From Chloroflexota bacterium (GTDB lineage Bacteria; Chloroflexota; UBA11872; VXOZ01): 64,000 nucleotides of DNA. The stretch is from positions 1,804,097 through 1,868,096 of the forward strand of contig OZ244145.1 of assembly GCA_965216245.1 (NCBI GenBank). The letters are read 5' to 3'. Below the pieces are notes generated by a model, which was given only the letters and a program-made list of their open reading frames with translations, was not told the origin of the DNA and made no database searches. Position 1 is the stretch's first letter, and each line of letters opens with the position of its first letter. This document shows positions 1 through 9,939 of this stretch, piece by piece. A program made the position numbers and the translations under genes.

Positions 1-28
1 GATTGAAGCAGATAACGTAGGAGCGGCT

Positions 29-445
29 ATGGCGTTGTGGTTTTGGATTGGCGTTGCCTTTGTTTCGTGGGGCCTGGCATCATTCTTCGGCAAGATGGTC
101 GCGCCCTACTTTGCACCCACGTACCTCCTTTGGATACGCAGCATTATAACGATTGTGCTGCTCTTGCCAATTGTCTGGGCCCAGCGTGCCAACTCGATCT
201 CGATTACGCCTACGTGGCAGACGTGGTTTCTTGTGTTGCTGGTGACGTCATTTACGGCCAGCGCTGTGATTGGCTTCTACAATGCATTGCGCCTGGGCGA
301 CGCCTCTCTGGTCACGCCCGCGAGCGGCACCTACCCCGTGCTGACGGCGATACTGGCAGTGCTCTTCCTCGGCGAACACATGTCGGTCACGCGGGGGCTG
401 GGCATCTTCTTTGCTGTGGTGGGTATTATCTTCCTGACCCGCTAG
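29..445 (+). CDS. small EamA/DMT-superfamily-like membrane protein (about 4 TM segments, half-size)
   Basis: ORF track; the translation is four hydrophobic helices with the glycine-rich pattern typical of EamA domains. The window begins 28 nt upstream, so the true N-terminus is uncertain. Confidence 0.5.
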   Translation: MALWFWIGVAFVSWGLASFFGKMVAPYFAPTYLLWIRSIITIVLLLPIVWAQRANSISITPTWQTWFLVLLVTSFTASAVIGFYNALRLGDASLVTPASGTYPVLTAILAVLFLGEHMSVTRGLGIFFAVVGIIFLTR

Positions 446-589
446 GCGCGTTAAGGACTGGCTGCTTGCTGCCGGATTGCATGATTTGGGCGGCGGGTAT
501 ACCCGCTGGTGCACCAACGAGTGGGGAACTTGACGAAGATTGTAATCGTGGTCGTGAATCTGAAGAATGTGTAAGGGGAACCGTGGGCT

Positions 590-1351
590 ATGAAGCTTGA
601 AGATAAAGTAGCGGTCATTACAGGCGCCGGGTCCGGCATCGGGTACGAAATGGCGACGCTCTTTGCGCAGGAGGGCGCGCGCATCATGGGCGCGGACGTG
701 GATGCGGACGGTCTCGCTACTACAGCGGCGGCTGTGGAAGCAATCGGCCGTCCGATACGGACGTTTGTGGCCGACGTTACCGATCCAACCGCCGTGGAAA
801 ACCTGATGGCGGAGACGGTAGAAGCCTTCGGCAGTATCGACATCCTCTGCAACAATGCCGGCATCGGACACGTGGGCAGCGTGCTGGATGTCACCCCCGA
901 AGAGTGGGACCGGGTGATGGCGGTGAACGTGCGCGGCGTCTACCTGGGGTGCAAATACGCGGTGCCGTACATGCTGGCGCAGGGCGGCGGCATCATCGTC
1001 AATACAGCGTCAGTAGCCGGTCAGGTCGGTCTGCCCAAGCGCGCCGTGTACAGCGCTTCCAAAGGCGCGGTGATCGCCCTCACAAAGCAAGTCGCTATCG
1101 AATACGTTGATAAGAATATCCGCGTGAACTGCGTCTGCCCCGGCACGGTGGAAACGCCCTGGGTGCAGCGGCTCCTTGCAGTCGAGGACGATCCGGTAGC
1201 AGCGCTCGAAAACCTCCGCCTGCGCCAGCCCATGGGCCGCCTCGGCCAACCCGACGAGGTCGCCAAAGCCGCCCTCTACCTAGCCTCCGACGCCGCCGAT
1301 TTCATCACCGGCATAGAACTGGTCTTAGACGGCGGCTTAACGGCAAGGTAG
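590..1351 (+). CDS. SDR-family NAD(P)-dependent oxidoreductase
   Basis: N-terminal TGAGSGIG Rossmann motif, NNAG motif, and catalytic Y-x3-K (YSASK) in the translation. Confidence 0.85.
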   Translation: MKLEDKVAVITGAGSGIGYEMATLFAQEGARIMGADVDADGLATTAAAVEAIGRPIRTFVADVTDPTAVENLMAETVEAFGSIDILCNNAGIGHVGSVLDVTPEEWDRVMAVNVRGVYLGCKYAVPYMLAQGGGIIVNTASVAGQVGLPKRAVYSASKGAVIALTKQVAIEYVDKNIRVNCVCPGTVETPWVQRLLAVEDDPVAALENLRLRQPMGRLGQPDEVAKAALYLASDAADFITGIELVLDGGLTAR

Positions 1352-1561
1352 TACGCGAAGTCTTGCTACCGCAGTTCCCTGCTTAAAAGGCACAGACCCC
1401 TTACCAGGGATTTTGGCGATCCAGGACTACGAATTCGAAGGACATCTTTGACGCACGGTCAGGAAACCACCGATGAGCTGGAACAAATGGTCGGTGTGCG
1501 GCTCGCCAAGGAAGGGATCATTTGGCACTGGCGCACCTCTTGAAATAGGTGATTAGTCGCA

Positions 1562-2395
1562 ATGCTGTATCCAGATTTTGATTTCCGGTCTACGTCTCAC
1601 GTTCGGCTCAGGCCAGATGAAAGGTGCCTAGATGATGGCATTATTTCGACAGCTTGGAACGCTGGGACGCTACACGTCCAATATGTCGGACTTCAACCGA
1701 TTGCCAAATCCACAAGCAACGCCATCGGCGAGACGATATGGCAGTTCGCTATTGAGTGTCAGCTCATGCTCATCATGTATGCTGGCGTACTACTCAATCA
1801 GAACATAATACAAGAACAGCTTGGTAGGGACAGCAACCGGGATGCCTCTTTCACCGTTTCCGAAAGAGGCAAGGATGGCACCGTGCAGGCCATATGGGCA
1901 CGAATTCCATTAGGTAAAGTGATTGACGCGTTCTCAGTGGGTGGAGAATTCGAAAAAACCTATGCAAAGGCCTTTGTGGTCTTTACCTATCAGCTGTGGG
2001 AAGAGTTCGCTCGACCTAGAATCGCACTGGCCTTGGGGGTTGAGCATGAAGATGTTGCATCCGATCTGATGGGTGAGTGGCGCCACTTGCGAAATCTGCT
2101 CGTACATCCAAGCAAAAACAATGAGCAAACCTATTTTAGGAACGCCAAGAAGCTGGCAAAAATACAAGGAGGCTTAAGGCCGGGGAATTTCGAAGTCAAG
2201 GCCTATATGGTGTTCCCCATGATGGGGTATCTGAATTCGTTGCATGTAATTGTGAATCCCAACAGTCTGTCGCCAGCCATTGAGATAGCCGAGCTAGATC
2301 CGAAAATAGCGGAGCAAGTAGCAATAGATGCATCGGGATCAGGTATGTCTGTAATGCCCGTGTGGCGAGGATTCAGACCTCCTGAAGGGACATAA
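1562..2395 (+). CDS. hypothetical protein, possible HEPN-like domain (WRHLRNLLVHP = RNxxxH)
   Basis: ORF in a visibly AT-richer patch directly upstream of the restriction-modification pair. It contains an R-N-x3-H motif reminiscent of Abi/HEPN families. There is no other recognisable domain. Confidence 0.4.
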   Translation: MLYPDFDFRSTSHVRLRPDERCLDDGIISTAWNAGTLHVQYVGLQPIAKSTSNAIGETIWQFAIECQLMLIMYAGVLLNQNIIQEQLGRDSNRDASFTVSERGKDGTVQAIWARIPLGKVIDAFSVGGEFEKTYAKAFVVFTYQLWEEFARPRIALALGVEHEDVASDLMGEWRHLRNLLVHPSKNNEQTYFRNAKKLAKIQGGLRPGNFEVKAYMVFPMMGYLNSLHVIVNPNSLSPAIEIAELDPKIAEQVAIDASGSGMSVMPVWRGFRPPEGT

Positions 2396-2655
2396 CTAGC
2401 AATGAGACAAATAGACACCTGGTGGCCAATCGGACAGACAGCGCGTCTGGATTGCTATTCTGAATCGCTCACAGTAATCGTTGGCCTCGTTCAGAGTAGT
2501 ATTGTGGCAACTTGATTGACCGACAGTTCACAAACAGCCTATGATGCGGCTAGGTCACATGAAAGCAAATTCCGAGGAGAGGACTCTCTGTATCTGGATA
2601 GAGGAGAGTACAAATGCAATTCAGATTGCCGATAGAGGATAGAGGAGGCAAAGCA

Positions 2656-3525
2656 ATGGATCGGGTGGTCCCGCAGGCCAATTCTACAGGCTCGGGCCGC
2701 AGGATCGCCGGTCGGCGAAAGAACGGCAAAGGCCGAATGATCGCCTTTGGGTGGTACGGTGGTAAGTTCAGCCACCTAGATTTCATACTGCCGAACATAC
2801 CGTCGGATGCGCAGCATTTCTGTGATGTGTTCGGCGGCTCAGCCGCAGTACTTATCAACCGCCTGCCCGCACCTGTAGAGACGTATAACGACATAGACTC
2901 GGAGCTGGTAAATTTTTTTAGGATGCTGCGGGATGATGGCCCAGAATTGACACGGGCGATTAGCCTGACTCCGTTTTCCAGGCAGGAGCTTGCTCGTGCC
3001 TGTGAATACGAGCCGGGACTCTCCGAACGGGAACGCGCTAGACGGTTCTTCGTAAGGGCGCGCCAGACGCGAACCGGCTTAGCGCAGCGGAGTAGCGAGG
3101 GAAGGTGGGCTCACTGTGTCCTCACTTCTAGGGCCGGCATGGCGGGGGCGGTCTCTAGGTGGCTAGGTTCCATGGACGGCCTCGCCGAGATCACGCTGCG
3201 GCTCCAACGGGTTCAAATTGAAAATGCCCCGGCTCTCGACGTGATCCGGCGTTATGACACTCCGAATACAGTCTTTTACTTGGATCCTCCCTATGTCCAC
3301 TCGTCGAGGGGAGACACCGCGGCATATATAAACGAGATGAATGATGACGAGCACGTTGAGCTCGCCGAAGTACTGTCGGCCATTCGTGGCCGAGCTGTCT
3401 TGTCCGGCTATAGAACATCGCTATATGACCGCATTTACAAGGATTGGAGGCGCATAGACGCACCCGTGCGAACCGCCAACTCCGTCCGTCAACCTCGACA
3501 AGAGTCTTTGTGGATTAATTTTTGA
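2656..3525 (+). CDS. D12-class (Dam-like) N6-adenine DNA methyltransferase
   Basis: FGWYGGK (Dam-family AdoMet/N-terminal motif), FGGSAAV, and a DPPY catalytic motif late in the protein (alpha-class order). AGGAGG RBS 7 nt before the ATG at 2656; the ORF track starts upstream at 2614. Confidence 0.8.
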   Translation: MDRVVPQANSTGSGRRIAGRRKNGKGRMIAFGWYGGKFSHLDFILPNIPSDAQHFCDVFGGSAAVLINRLPAPVETYNDIDSELVNFFRMLRDDGPELTRAISLTPFSRQELARACEYEPGLSERERARRFFVRARQTRTGLAQRSSEGRWAHCVLTSRAGMAGAVSRWLGSMDGLAEITLRLQRVQIENAPALDVIRRYDTPNTVFYLDPPYVHSSRGDTAAYINEMNDDEHVELAEVLSAIRGRAVLSGYRTSLYDRIYKDWRRIDAPVRTANSVRQPRQESLWINF

Positions 3526-3528
3526 ACC

Positions 3529-4599
3529 ATGAATGAACAGGAATTGACCTGCTGGTTGGAAAACCAATGGGAGCAGGTTCTATCGGCTTATGAAAGCGAT
3601 CCTGATCAGGAAATCGACCGTTTCATTGATTCATCCGTTGTTAGTATCCGGTATGCGATCTTGACCCAGCTACTTGGCAAACTTGCTGATCCAACTCGTG
3701 ACCTACTTTGTCTTCAAAGAGGTAAAAAGGATTCGGAGGTAGGGCTAGCTGGACGTTGGGACCCGAGAGGCTTCTGTACCCGCGTCGTGGTTCCTTGGAT
3801 TCAGAGACATCAAAGTGTGCTTGGAACAAGCGGTGACCCTTACGTAAGTAAGCCGCTCCGTCGCCCGCGGCTAGACCAGGGGATGGAGTCCCTTAATAAC
3901 CGCCAAGAGTGGAAAGCGATTGTCAGTTTCTTAGCTACATTGCAGGAGGATTCCGACCCGGCAATGGTCGAGAACGGAGTCCAAAGATGTCTAAAGAGCA
4001 TCGCACGTCGGCTAAGGGATCAGCAGGTAGACTATCCGATACCTATGCGTATCGGTTTGGACCGTCTCTGTGACATACTGGATCAATACCTAGCTTTAGC
4101 CAACGGTGGGTTGCGGCCTATGGTCGTGGCGACAGCACTGATGCAGACATTGGGACGGGCATACTCCCTCTTCCCAAGAGTCGAGAGCCAGGGCGTAAAC
4201 GAGGCAGATGCAGCAGCCGGGGTGCCCGGCGACGTATTGTGCTACGGAGAGGATGACGCACTTGCTCTAGCGGTCGAGGTGAAGGGACATGAGCTAACCC
4301 TCATTGAGGTTGAGTCCACGATAACGAAAGCGCGCTCCAGTCGTGTTACAAACACCCTCTTTGCGACCCCCGGCCTTGCCTCTGCTGACAGGGAAGCCAT
4401 AGAGGCGAGAATTACAGAGGAATTTGCACAGGGAAGCAACATCTATAAAAGTTCAATTCAATCGCTGGCTCGCAATTCATTCATGCTCCTCAAAGAAGAA
4501 TGGCGTGTGGAGTTTCTCTACGCAGTATGCTCAGAACTGGATGCCCGAAGCAGTCAACCCTCCGACCGACTTGCATTCGCTGAACTGCTAACCGCATGA
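3529..4599 (+). CDS. putative Type II restriction endonuclease partner of the Dam-like MTase
   Basis: Starts 3 nt after the MTase stop (operon-like). C-terminal segment GDVLCYGEDDALALAVEVKG fits a PD-x(n)-(D/E)-x-K nuclease core. No other recognisable domain. Confidence 0.5.
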   Translation: MNEQELTCWLENQWEQVLSAYESDPDQEIDRFIDSSVVSIRYAILTQLLGKLADPTRDLLCLQRGKKDSEVGLAGRWDPRGFCTRVVVPWIQRHQSVLGTSGDPYVSKPLRRPRLDQGMESLNNRQEWKAIVSFLATLQEDSDPAMVENGVQRCLKSIARRLRDQQVDYPIPMRIGLDRLCDILDQYLALANGGLRPMVVATALMQTLGRAYSLFPRVESQGVNEADAAAGVPGDVLCYGEDDALALAVEVKGHELTLIEVESTITKARSSRVTNTLFATPGLASADREAIEARITEEFAQGSNIYKSSIQSLARNSFMLLKEEWRVEFLYAVCSELDARSSQPSDRLAFAELLTA

Positions 4600-4724
4600 C
4601 TCTTTTCTGTTGTCGGCAGGTTTCACGACGCTGGTGATGGATTCTAGGTTGTCTGGCATTTCTACAGAGGCTGGATCCATCTCCGAACACTTTGCAGACT
4701 ACGTGCTGAGGGAGCCTCCGCAGA

Positions 4725-6773
4725 TCAAAGCAGTTCCCTTTTGAACGACTCCACCCATCTCCGTTGGTGGTGGGGGAGGCTGTTGAGGCGGACGTTTAGG
4801 TCAATGGAGACGTGGATGGCGTCGTGGGTGCTGCGGATGTTGGCGGAGGTGTCGATGTTGATAGCGCCGTCGGAGCGGGTGATGGTGCGGAAGTGTTGGC
4901 CGATGGCCGTAGTGTCCGCGGGGTTGCGGTTGTTAGCCCACACCTCCAGCTTGGACTCCATCTTGACGGTCATATCGGCGCTGGCCCGGCTCACGCCTAC
5001 GAGATGTAACCGCAGGCCGGTGCGGTCTCGCATCATGTCCTGAGTAATCTCCCAGGGAACGACGCGCGGCGATGCCTCCGGGTAGGTGCGTGGCGCGGCG
5101 GAAGACTCGTACGCCATCTCGTCGGGCGGCAGTTCTCCGGCGGGGGCGTCCCGCGTGGGTACAACCGGCAACTCCAGGTACGACTCACGTCCGCTGTCCC
5201 GGTACACTCGGTTCGTGCCGTTATAGGGAGTCGGCCACAGGTTGGGAAAGTCCGCGCTGCTTATAGAGAGCCGGATCCTGTGCCCTCGCTCGAACCGCCA
5301 CGCCGTAGCGTCCAGGTCGACGTGCAGTTCGTAGACCTCGCCCGGTTCCATAGGCTCCGGTTCAGTGAGCGAGTTGCGCCGCGTTCCGTTCAGCACGCCC
5401 ATTGTGACCTGCGCACTGGTACCGTCCGGCGCCACGTCTGAGAGCCGGGCTACAAACGCCATCACGGGCGCCGTGGAGCTGACGTGGAGCACGGCTTTGC
5501 CCATGCCGATGATCTCCAGCGGTTCGTCTAGTGGCGCGGAGGTGTAGTTCGTCGCGTAGACTTCGTCCACGCGCTGGTCGCTCGGTAGTCCAAAGGGCAC
5601 GCCTGCGCTCCACAGGCCGCTCGCAATACCCACGGACGGCCGGTATGCGTACTCCTCGTAGCCGCGGCGGGTCATGTCCGGGTTGTCCGGCGTAAGCTCG
5701 CCGCCGAGTTGGAGGCGGCGCGTACAACCGCCGGGGATGGGAAGCGTTGGCTCCGTACGCCAGTAGCCGGATGTATGGGTCCTGGAGGCGTCCGGCACGT
5801 CGAACGTTTGGACGTAGACGTTGACGGCCGGCTCGTCCATGATGCCGTTGTCTATCCCCTTCAGCCAGTAGTCGCACCACCGCACGGTGAGATGCTCCCG
5901 CGCCAAGGACGGACCGGGCGTTTCGCAGTCCGGGCCGGAGTGGTTCCAAGGGCCGATGAGCACCTTGCTCGGCGCGGTCAAGTGCTGCGCCGTCCTGAGC
6001 GGCGCGTTGCAGTAGCCGTCGCGCCAGCCGCCGATAAGCAGCGCCGAGGCCTTGATCTTGTGGTAGCGGTCCCGAATGCTGCCGGGCCGCCAATATTCCC
6101 CATCCGTCTGATTCGCGAGCCACGTGAGCAGATATGGATTGTTCTGCTCCAGGCGCTGCTCCCAAAGCTCGGCCCAACGGTCGCCGCTGTATTCGGGATA
6201 GGGCGGCATGGCGTTCATGCCTACCATGGAGCTGCCGTATGCGCCTATGTCGTAGTAACAGCGTAGGGCCCCGCCGCGGTAGTGACAGTCGTCCGTGTAC
6301 CTATCGTCGGTGAAATTCCAGGGGATGATGGTTTCCAGATGCGGCGGCGCCAAGGCAGCGACCTGCACACTGGTGAACCCGCCGTACGAGCCGCCGGTCA
6401 TTGCCACTTTGCCGTCGCACCAGTCCTGCGCGGCGATCCACTCGACCACGTCGTACCCGTCGCGAATTTCCACGGGGCGGTACTCGTCGTCGTTTGAGTC
6501 TTCGCTGGAGCCGGTGCCCCGGCAGTCGACGCGGGCGCCGACGTAGCCGTGCTGCGCCCAGTGGTGTTGCATCCCGGTGAGCGGCTCCTGGTCGTCCTTA
6601 CGGTACGGAATGTAGGTGAGGATCACGGGCCACGGGCCTTCCTCCGCCGGCACGTGAATGTCCAGCGCGAGCTTGGTACCGTCACGGGTGGGCGCCATGA
6701 TGTTCTTTACGAATCTGATGCCTGCCGCACTGACTGCCATTGGCCGGACGCCTGAGTAGGTCTGATCTGCCAT
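4725..6773 (-). CDS. CocE/NonD-family alpha/beta hydrolase (S15 X-Pro dipeptidyl-peptidase-like)
   Basis: GGSYGG nucleophile elbow and overall S15 architecture. The ORF track extends to 6962; start chosen at MADQ with a GGAG RBS. Confidence 0.8.
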   Translation of the reverse strand: MADQTYSGVRPMAVSAAGIRFVKNIMAPTRDGTKLALDIHVPAEEGPWPVILTYIPYRKDDQEPLTGMQHHWAQHGYVGARVDCRGTGSSEDSNDDEYRPVEIRDGYDVVEWIAAQDWCDGKVAMTGGSYGGFTSVQVAALAPPHLETIIPWNFTDDRYTDDCHYRGGALRCYYDIGAYGSSMVGMNAMPPYPEYSGDRWAELWEQRLEQNNPYLLTWLANQTDGEYWRPGSIRDRYHKIKASALLIGGWRDGYCNAPLRTAQHLTAPSKVLIGPWNHSGPDCETPGPSLAREHLTVRWCDYWLKGIDNGIMDEPAVNVYVQTFDVPDASRTHTSGYWRTEPTLPIPGGCTRRLQLGGELTPDNPDMTRRGYEEYAYRPSVGIASGLWSAGVPFGLPSDQRVDEVYATNYTSAPLDEPLEIIGMGKAVLHVSSTAPVMAFVARLSDVAPDGTSAQVTMGVLNGTRRNSLTEPEPMEPGEVYELHVDLDATAWRFERGHRIRLSISSADFPNLWPTPYNGTNRVYRDSGRESYLELPVVPTRDAPAGELPPDEMAYESSAAPRTYPEASPRVVPWEITQDMMRDRTGLRLHLVGVSRASADMTVKMESKLEVWANNRNPADTTAIGQHFRTITRSDGAINIDTSANIRSTHDAIHVSIDLNVRLNSLPHHQRRWVESFKRELL

Positions 6774-6886
6774 GCTAACTGCTCCCATCCAACTGAGTCC
6801 GTCTGGCGGAATACCGGCTTGAGGTCCCGGGTGACAAACTCGAGTATTCGTAACGCCCGCGCCACCGCGCTGTCTGCGAACCCGTC

Positions 6887-7459
6887 TTACTTTTCGCTTC
6901 CCTGACTCTCGTGCGCTTGGCAGAGCGGGCAGTGGCCGGGGGTGCTGACGTGGACGCCGCACAGAGTGCAGCGGTCCGACTCTTGCGCTTCTTCGCCAGA
7001 CAAACGAGCGAGGGCTTGCTGGCGAACGGCCGGATTCTCAATGAGGTTGATGGCTTGGCGCAGCCGTCTTTCGCGGTCGGCATCGTCGTCCGTGGCGGTC
7101 GCTTGGGGCGAAGCCTTCTGTGAGGGTGGGAGTTGTGTTCCAGTTGGAGAGCGGGGTGCGGGCCGCTGACCGCGGACGCGGAGTTCGAGTTTGGTGACGA
7201 GCGGACGCCCTAGTTTCGTATTTAGTTCACGTGTGAGTTGTGGCAGGCGCATGTGCAGTTCGTGTACGGCGGCGGAAGAGGGGGTCTGGATCGTCAATGT
7301 GCCCTGCTGGAAGCGGAGCGGACGAGCGTCTCGGGCATGGGCAGGGAGGCCCGCGGCGATGGTACGCCACGCGGCAAACACCGCCGACCGCATGAGCGGC
7401 TCGGAGATGCCAAGTTCGTCGATCATGCCCGGCAGCACGTCTTTAATCGCCTTGAACAT
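6887..7459 (-). CDS. dciA: DUF721/DciA-family protein with C-terminal Cys4 zinc ribbon
   Basis: N-terminal MFKAIKDVLPGMIDELGI...AAWRTIAG pattern typical of DUF721 proteins found beside recF/gyrB. C-terminal CTLCGVH...CPLC. Confidence 0.65.
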   Translation of the reverse strand: MFKAIKDVLPGMIDELGISEPLMRSAVFAAWRTIAAGLPAHARDARPLRFQQGTLTIQTPSSAAVHELHMRLPQLTRELNTKLGRPLVTKLELRVRGQRPAPRSPTGTQLPPSQKASPQATATDDDADRERRLRQAINLIENPAVRQQALARLSGEEAQESDRCTLCGVHVSTPGHCPLCQAHESQGSEK

Positions 7460-7929
7460 GCCGTATCCCTCCCTCCTCACAGCCTAGCACAGCCCGGCAA
7501 GAGTGCGCTCTATTGTGTTAATCCAATCAGGTTGAAAGTGATGCGCGGCATAGGGGATAGTGCACAAAACCACAATGGCGGCGAGAGAGACTTATGAGAG
7601 TGGCGATACGCATGCATTGTCCTTGCTCCCGGCAGAAGGTCAAATGTTCCGCCGAAGCTTCCTATGCCCTTGTAATTCGGGGCTAATAGGATTGGACTTA
7701 GATTGGGCAAGAGTGAGTTATCGGTCTCACCCATGCCTAGGCGGTCACTCAGGCTATCATTCTGAGGAGCCATTCAGCAGGCTTAGGATAATCTCCGCGA
7801 CGAAGAATCTAGAGTGGTAAGTTTTCTTGAATCCTCGCTTGGCTCGGAATTGTAGGTGTTGACTAATTCTTTGACAGAGTTTTCAATCCAGTTAGTGTCC
7901 TGGAGAGTTGAAGACGGTCAGTTCCGTCA

Positions 7930-7947
7930 TTCCGGCGAAAGCCGGAA
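7930..7947. repeat. REP-like GAAA-tetraloop hairpin (TTCCGGC-GAAA-GCCGGAA) within a ~60-bp repeat shared with 50551..50610
   Basis: Read directly from the sequence. The second copy, TTCCCGC-GAAA-GCGGGAA at 50555..50572, has a compensatory CG/GC swap. Confidence 0.6.
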
Positions 7948-8467
7948 TCCATCTTCAATGCACCCCCTAGACTCCGGCCCCTAATCAACCAGGGGGCAGG
8001 CTTTGCGCCGGAGTAGCGGATTTCGTGGCGCTTACCATGTTCGTCTTTGTTGCATGCGCTGTCACTGCTCGTTACAGAACCACCTACTAGGTAAGGCAGC
8101 CGATTGGTAGTTATTACTTCCTGCCGTTTCATGCTCCGACTTCGTCAACGAATTACCTGACACTTACAGGAATGACAAGAAGCGCATATTTATGAACGAT
8201 CAAGTCTAGGTCCACTAACTCCGTTGTAATTTAGACTTGCACTACGGACGAGGCATTGCGTATAATGGTTCGGGCCAAGGGTAATTATACCCATGGTCAT
8301 GTTTTTCATTTCTCTTGTCACGTTAAGTTCCCCGTTCTAAATTCCAGATTTCCGTTATACGAGCCGATTAATTCTACTACCTAAGGCCGGCTGTTCAGGT
8401 CGGTCTTGGAAATCAACTCTCTCTTCATCGCATCGTACTACTATCCGCTCTACAACGGAGACCCTTT

Positions 8468-9769
8468 GTGCGGCCTCTCCTCGCGTCTCTCTTTCTGCTG
8501 CTCCTTGTTGCTTTCTCTGCCACATCGGTACACGCCACAGACTGTCAGTTCGTGCTCGGCTTCGAGACTCTGCGCGACCTGATCGGTCACGACGTAGTTG
8601 GCGAGTGCCTGGAGAACGAGCACTACGAAGCCAACGGTGATGGACTGCAACAGACCACGGGCGGCTTACTGGTATGGCGCAAAGCAGATAACTGGACCGC
8701 TTTCACCGACGGCTACCGCACGTGGATTAACGGTCCCAACGGTCTTGAACAGCGACTAAACACCGAACGGTTCGAGTGGGAGTATGACTACGCGCCGGGC
8801 GGCGGCATCGCCACGCCGACGCCTACTCCCATGGAACTCAATCCCGAGCACATCCTCGTTCCCGTGCTAGAAGTGATGCGATCGACGCCAAGTGGTGAAG
8901 AGGCCTACCAGAACTTACTCCGATTGGGCGTCGGCATAACCTTTGGCGGCAATCCGCCGTGGGGAAAGTACATATTTGATGTGCCAAGCAATCGCATAGT
9001 GCTTTTCGGAAACTATGTACACGAGGCACCGGACACAATTGCCCATCTCGTTGCTGAGGCGACTGAGCTCGCAAAGTGGTTCCATGTACACGGCGAGCCA
9101 ACGACTCCCGAGGAATGCATCGAACGTAAGTATTTAGTCTTGACGTCACGGGAAATATGGTTGACAGAGTTCAACGGTCACTCTCCAGTGTCAGATGTGG
9201 AGAGGCGTTTGCGAGCGCAAGAATATGTGCATCACCGAATCCACCGCGATTCGGAATTCTGCCCTGCCGTGCCAAGAGCGTCTGCGCGAGATGCGGATAT
9301 TGCGCGAGCGCTTGAGACCATGAGCCAGACGGCGACCGGTAGGCGCGTACATGATTGGTTCGTAGAATCCGGTGTGAGTGCGTACTTTGATCAGATAGAA
9401 TACCGTGGCGGTGTCTACTCTCCAAGGAATAACTACATTGCAATCCACGAAGCCCACCGCAATAGCCCGGTGAACGCCGCCGCCTGGTTCGTGCACGAGA
9501 CCATTCATGCGATGACACACGACGAACCAGAGTCTCAGGAAGAGTGCTATAGGCAAGAAGAGCGTGCGTTTAGCTGGCAAGCCCAATGGTGGATGGAGTA
9601 CTTTGGCAATGGCGGGAGCGGGTTGCAGGATGAAGACTCTAAGTCACAGGACTCAATCTTGAGGGACTACCTCGGTGGAACGCTTCTCAACGCTATTCGG
9701 GGAACACGGGCCTACCAGGACTATTGTGGCGCTTACCACGCTGGCGACATACCCTTGCAAATGCATTGA
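8468..9769 (+). CDS. secreted modular protein: signal peptide, conserved Cys-containing N-domain, Pro/Thr linker, HExxH (putative zinc-metallopeptidase-like) C-domain
   Basis: GTG start with GGAG RBS and hydrophobic signal peptide. The N-domain is ~70% identical to that of ORF 17253. TPTPTP linker. HETIH motif plus downstream conserved E in the C-domain, which is homologous to ORF 21535. Confidence 0.65.
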   Translation: MRPLLASLFLLLLVAFSATSVHATDCQFVLGFETLRDLIGHDVVGECLENEHYEANGDGLQQTTGGLLVWRKADNWTAFTDGYRTWINGPNGLEQRLNTERFEWEYDYAPGGGIATPTPTPMELNPEHILVPVLEVMRSTPSGEEAYQNLLRLGVGITFGGNPPWGKYIFDVPSNRIVLFGNYVHEAPDTIAHLVAEATELAKWFHVHGEPTTPEECIERKYLVLTSREIWLTEFNGHSPVSDVERRLRAQEYVHHRIHRDSEFCPAVPRASARDADIARALETMSQTATGRRVHDWFVESGVSAYFDQIEYRGGVYSPRNNYIAIHEAHRNSPVNAAAWFVHETIHAMTHDEPESQEECYRQEERAFSWQAQWWMEYFGNGGSGLQDEDSKSQDSILRDYLGGTLLNAIRGTRAYQDYCGAYHAGDIPLQMH

Positions 9770-9939
9770 CTGCAGCGAAAGACACATTCTTAGTGGCTGT
9801 ACTGGACACTATTTCGCTGCAAGCTAGTTGTTTCGTGTAGCTTCTTACGGCGCACTTTTCCTGGGAGGGGGCCGCGGGAAAAGATGGTTGTATGACCTTG
9901 CTTCCGAGGGGAATTATATACGAAAGTAAACAGGGCTGC

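Noticed and set aside
5362-6266. Long overlapping ORFs on both strands inside the CocE/NonD hydrolase gene (5362..6177 minus, 5709..6266 plus)
   Set aside because: These are typical high-GC frame artefacts. Their translations are Arg/Ala/Gly-rich low-complexity sequence with no motifs, while the hydrolase frame carries the GGSYGG catalytic motif.
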